Of a stretch of 64,000 nt of DNA, positions 63,364 through 64,000 are shown piece after piece (the stretch's first letter is position 1; every line of letters starts with the position of its first letter). Location: the NCBI GenBank assembly GCA_965262115.1, contig OZ253496.1, positions 448,001 to 512,000 of the forward strand, given 5' to 3'. Origin of the DNA: Nitrospinales bacterium (lineage in GTDB: Bacteria; Nitrospinota; Nitrospinia; Nitrospinales; VA-1). The notes under the pieces were generated by a model, which saw only the letters and a program-made list of their open reading frames with translations, searched no databases and was not told where the DNA came from. The position numbers and the translations under genes were made by a program.

Positions 63364-64000
63364 TTATACCGACGGTTTATTTTGCAGAAATAGAATCTGG
63401 TTGCGGACCGTTTCATTGCAGGAAACATCTATCTTCAAATTTCGTCCTTCCCGCACAATCACTCCGTTGAGCGCTTCAATCTCTGTCTTTCGCCCTGCGC
63501 GGATATCCTGCAACATGGACGATTCGTGTTCATAGGTACTGGGCAACAACTGGCTATAAAAATCCTTAAGATAATCTCCGGCACTTTGCCAATGGCTGGA
63601 ATAGCCCAACTTTTGCATGACTTGAAATACTTCTGCAATAATCCCTTCCATGATAGACTGGCTATTTGCGTTCTCCCCCAAATGTCCGTAAGGGATTTGC
63701 AAAACAGCATCCAGGGCATTGAGCGGACAGTTATAAAGCATTTTTGCCCACAAGTCTTTGCCAATATCGCCAGTGACAGCACTAGGAATGCCCCCTTGAT
63801 GCAAAGCGTCTGCCAAGACCTGTAAGCGGGTGAAGTCGCCATTAAACAGGCTACCGAGATGAACCGGCTGAGCGTGAACAGTCACATCCACAACATGCGG
63901 TTCAGGCCGGACGAATCCTGTGATAATCCGTGCGTTAAAAATCTGCTTTTCAGGAAAAAACTGGGTGAAAATTTCAGCGTTGCCCCAGCCGTTCTGGCAA
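63364..64000 (-). CDS. panE: 2-dehydropantoate 2-reductase (5' end outside window)
   Basis: QNG at the window edge, LWAKMLYNC, SSMLQDI..GRKTEIEALNG. Confidence 0.88.
   Translation of the reverse strand, partial: CQNGWGNAEIFTQFFPEKQIFNARIITGFVRPEPHVVDVTVHAQPVHLGSLFNGDFTRLQVLADALHQGGIPSAVTGDIGKDLWAKMLYNCPLNALDAVLQIPYGHLGENANSQSIMEGIIAEVFQVMQKLGYSSHWQSAGDYLKDFYSQLLPSTYEHESSMLQDIRAGRKTEIEALNGVIVREGRNLKIDVSCNETVRNQILFLQNKPSV

Overview
Bacterial chromosomal window. Gene content and style suggest a Nitrospina-like marine nitrite oxidiser; this is inference only, as no marker gene is present. 1-27.4 kb is a cobalamin locus. Two divergent cobalamin riboswitches, whose 131-bp cores are a perfect inverted repeat, control a TonB receptor plus PepSY-TM gene on one side. 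On the other side they control a secreted beta-propeller gene followed by cbiXCDLFGHJE, chlI/D, cobN, cobB, cobO, cobS, a cobU-bluB fusion, cobD, cbiB and cobT. 27.5-46 kb holds housekeeping genes, znuACB plus a CDF transporter, a B12 radical SAM enzyme, tRNA-Pro and several decayed remnants. 47.3-55 kb is a defence locus: a RAMA-domain regulator with a symmetric operator, then hsdM (premature stop), a HEPN toxin, an MNT antitoxin fused in frame to HsdS, and hsdR. This is the strongest candidate for an undescribed system: a type I R-M complex covalently linked to a type VII toxin-antitoxin pair. 55-64 kb contains a methyltransferase gene disrupted by a MITE and a poly-G tract, a nitrite/sulfite reductase-TusA fusion, yicC-gmk-hisC-mltG, a dead IS1595-family element and partial panE. 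All calls come from reading motifs by eye; no database searches were run.
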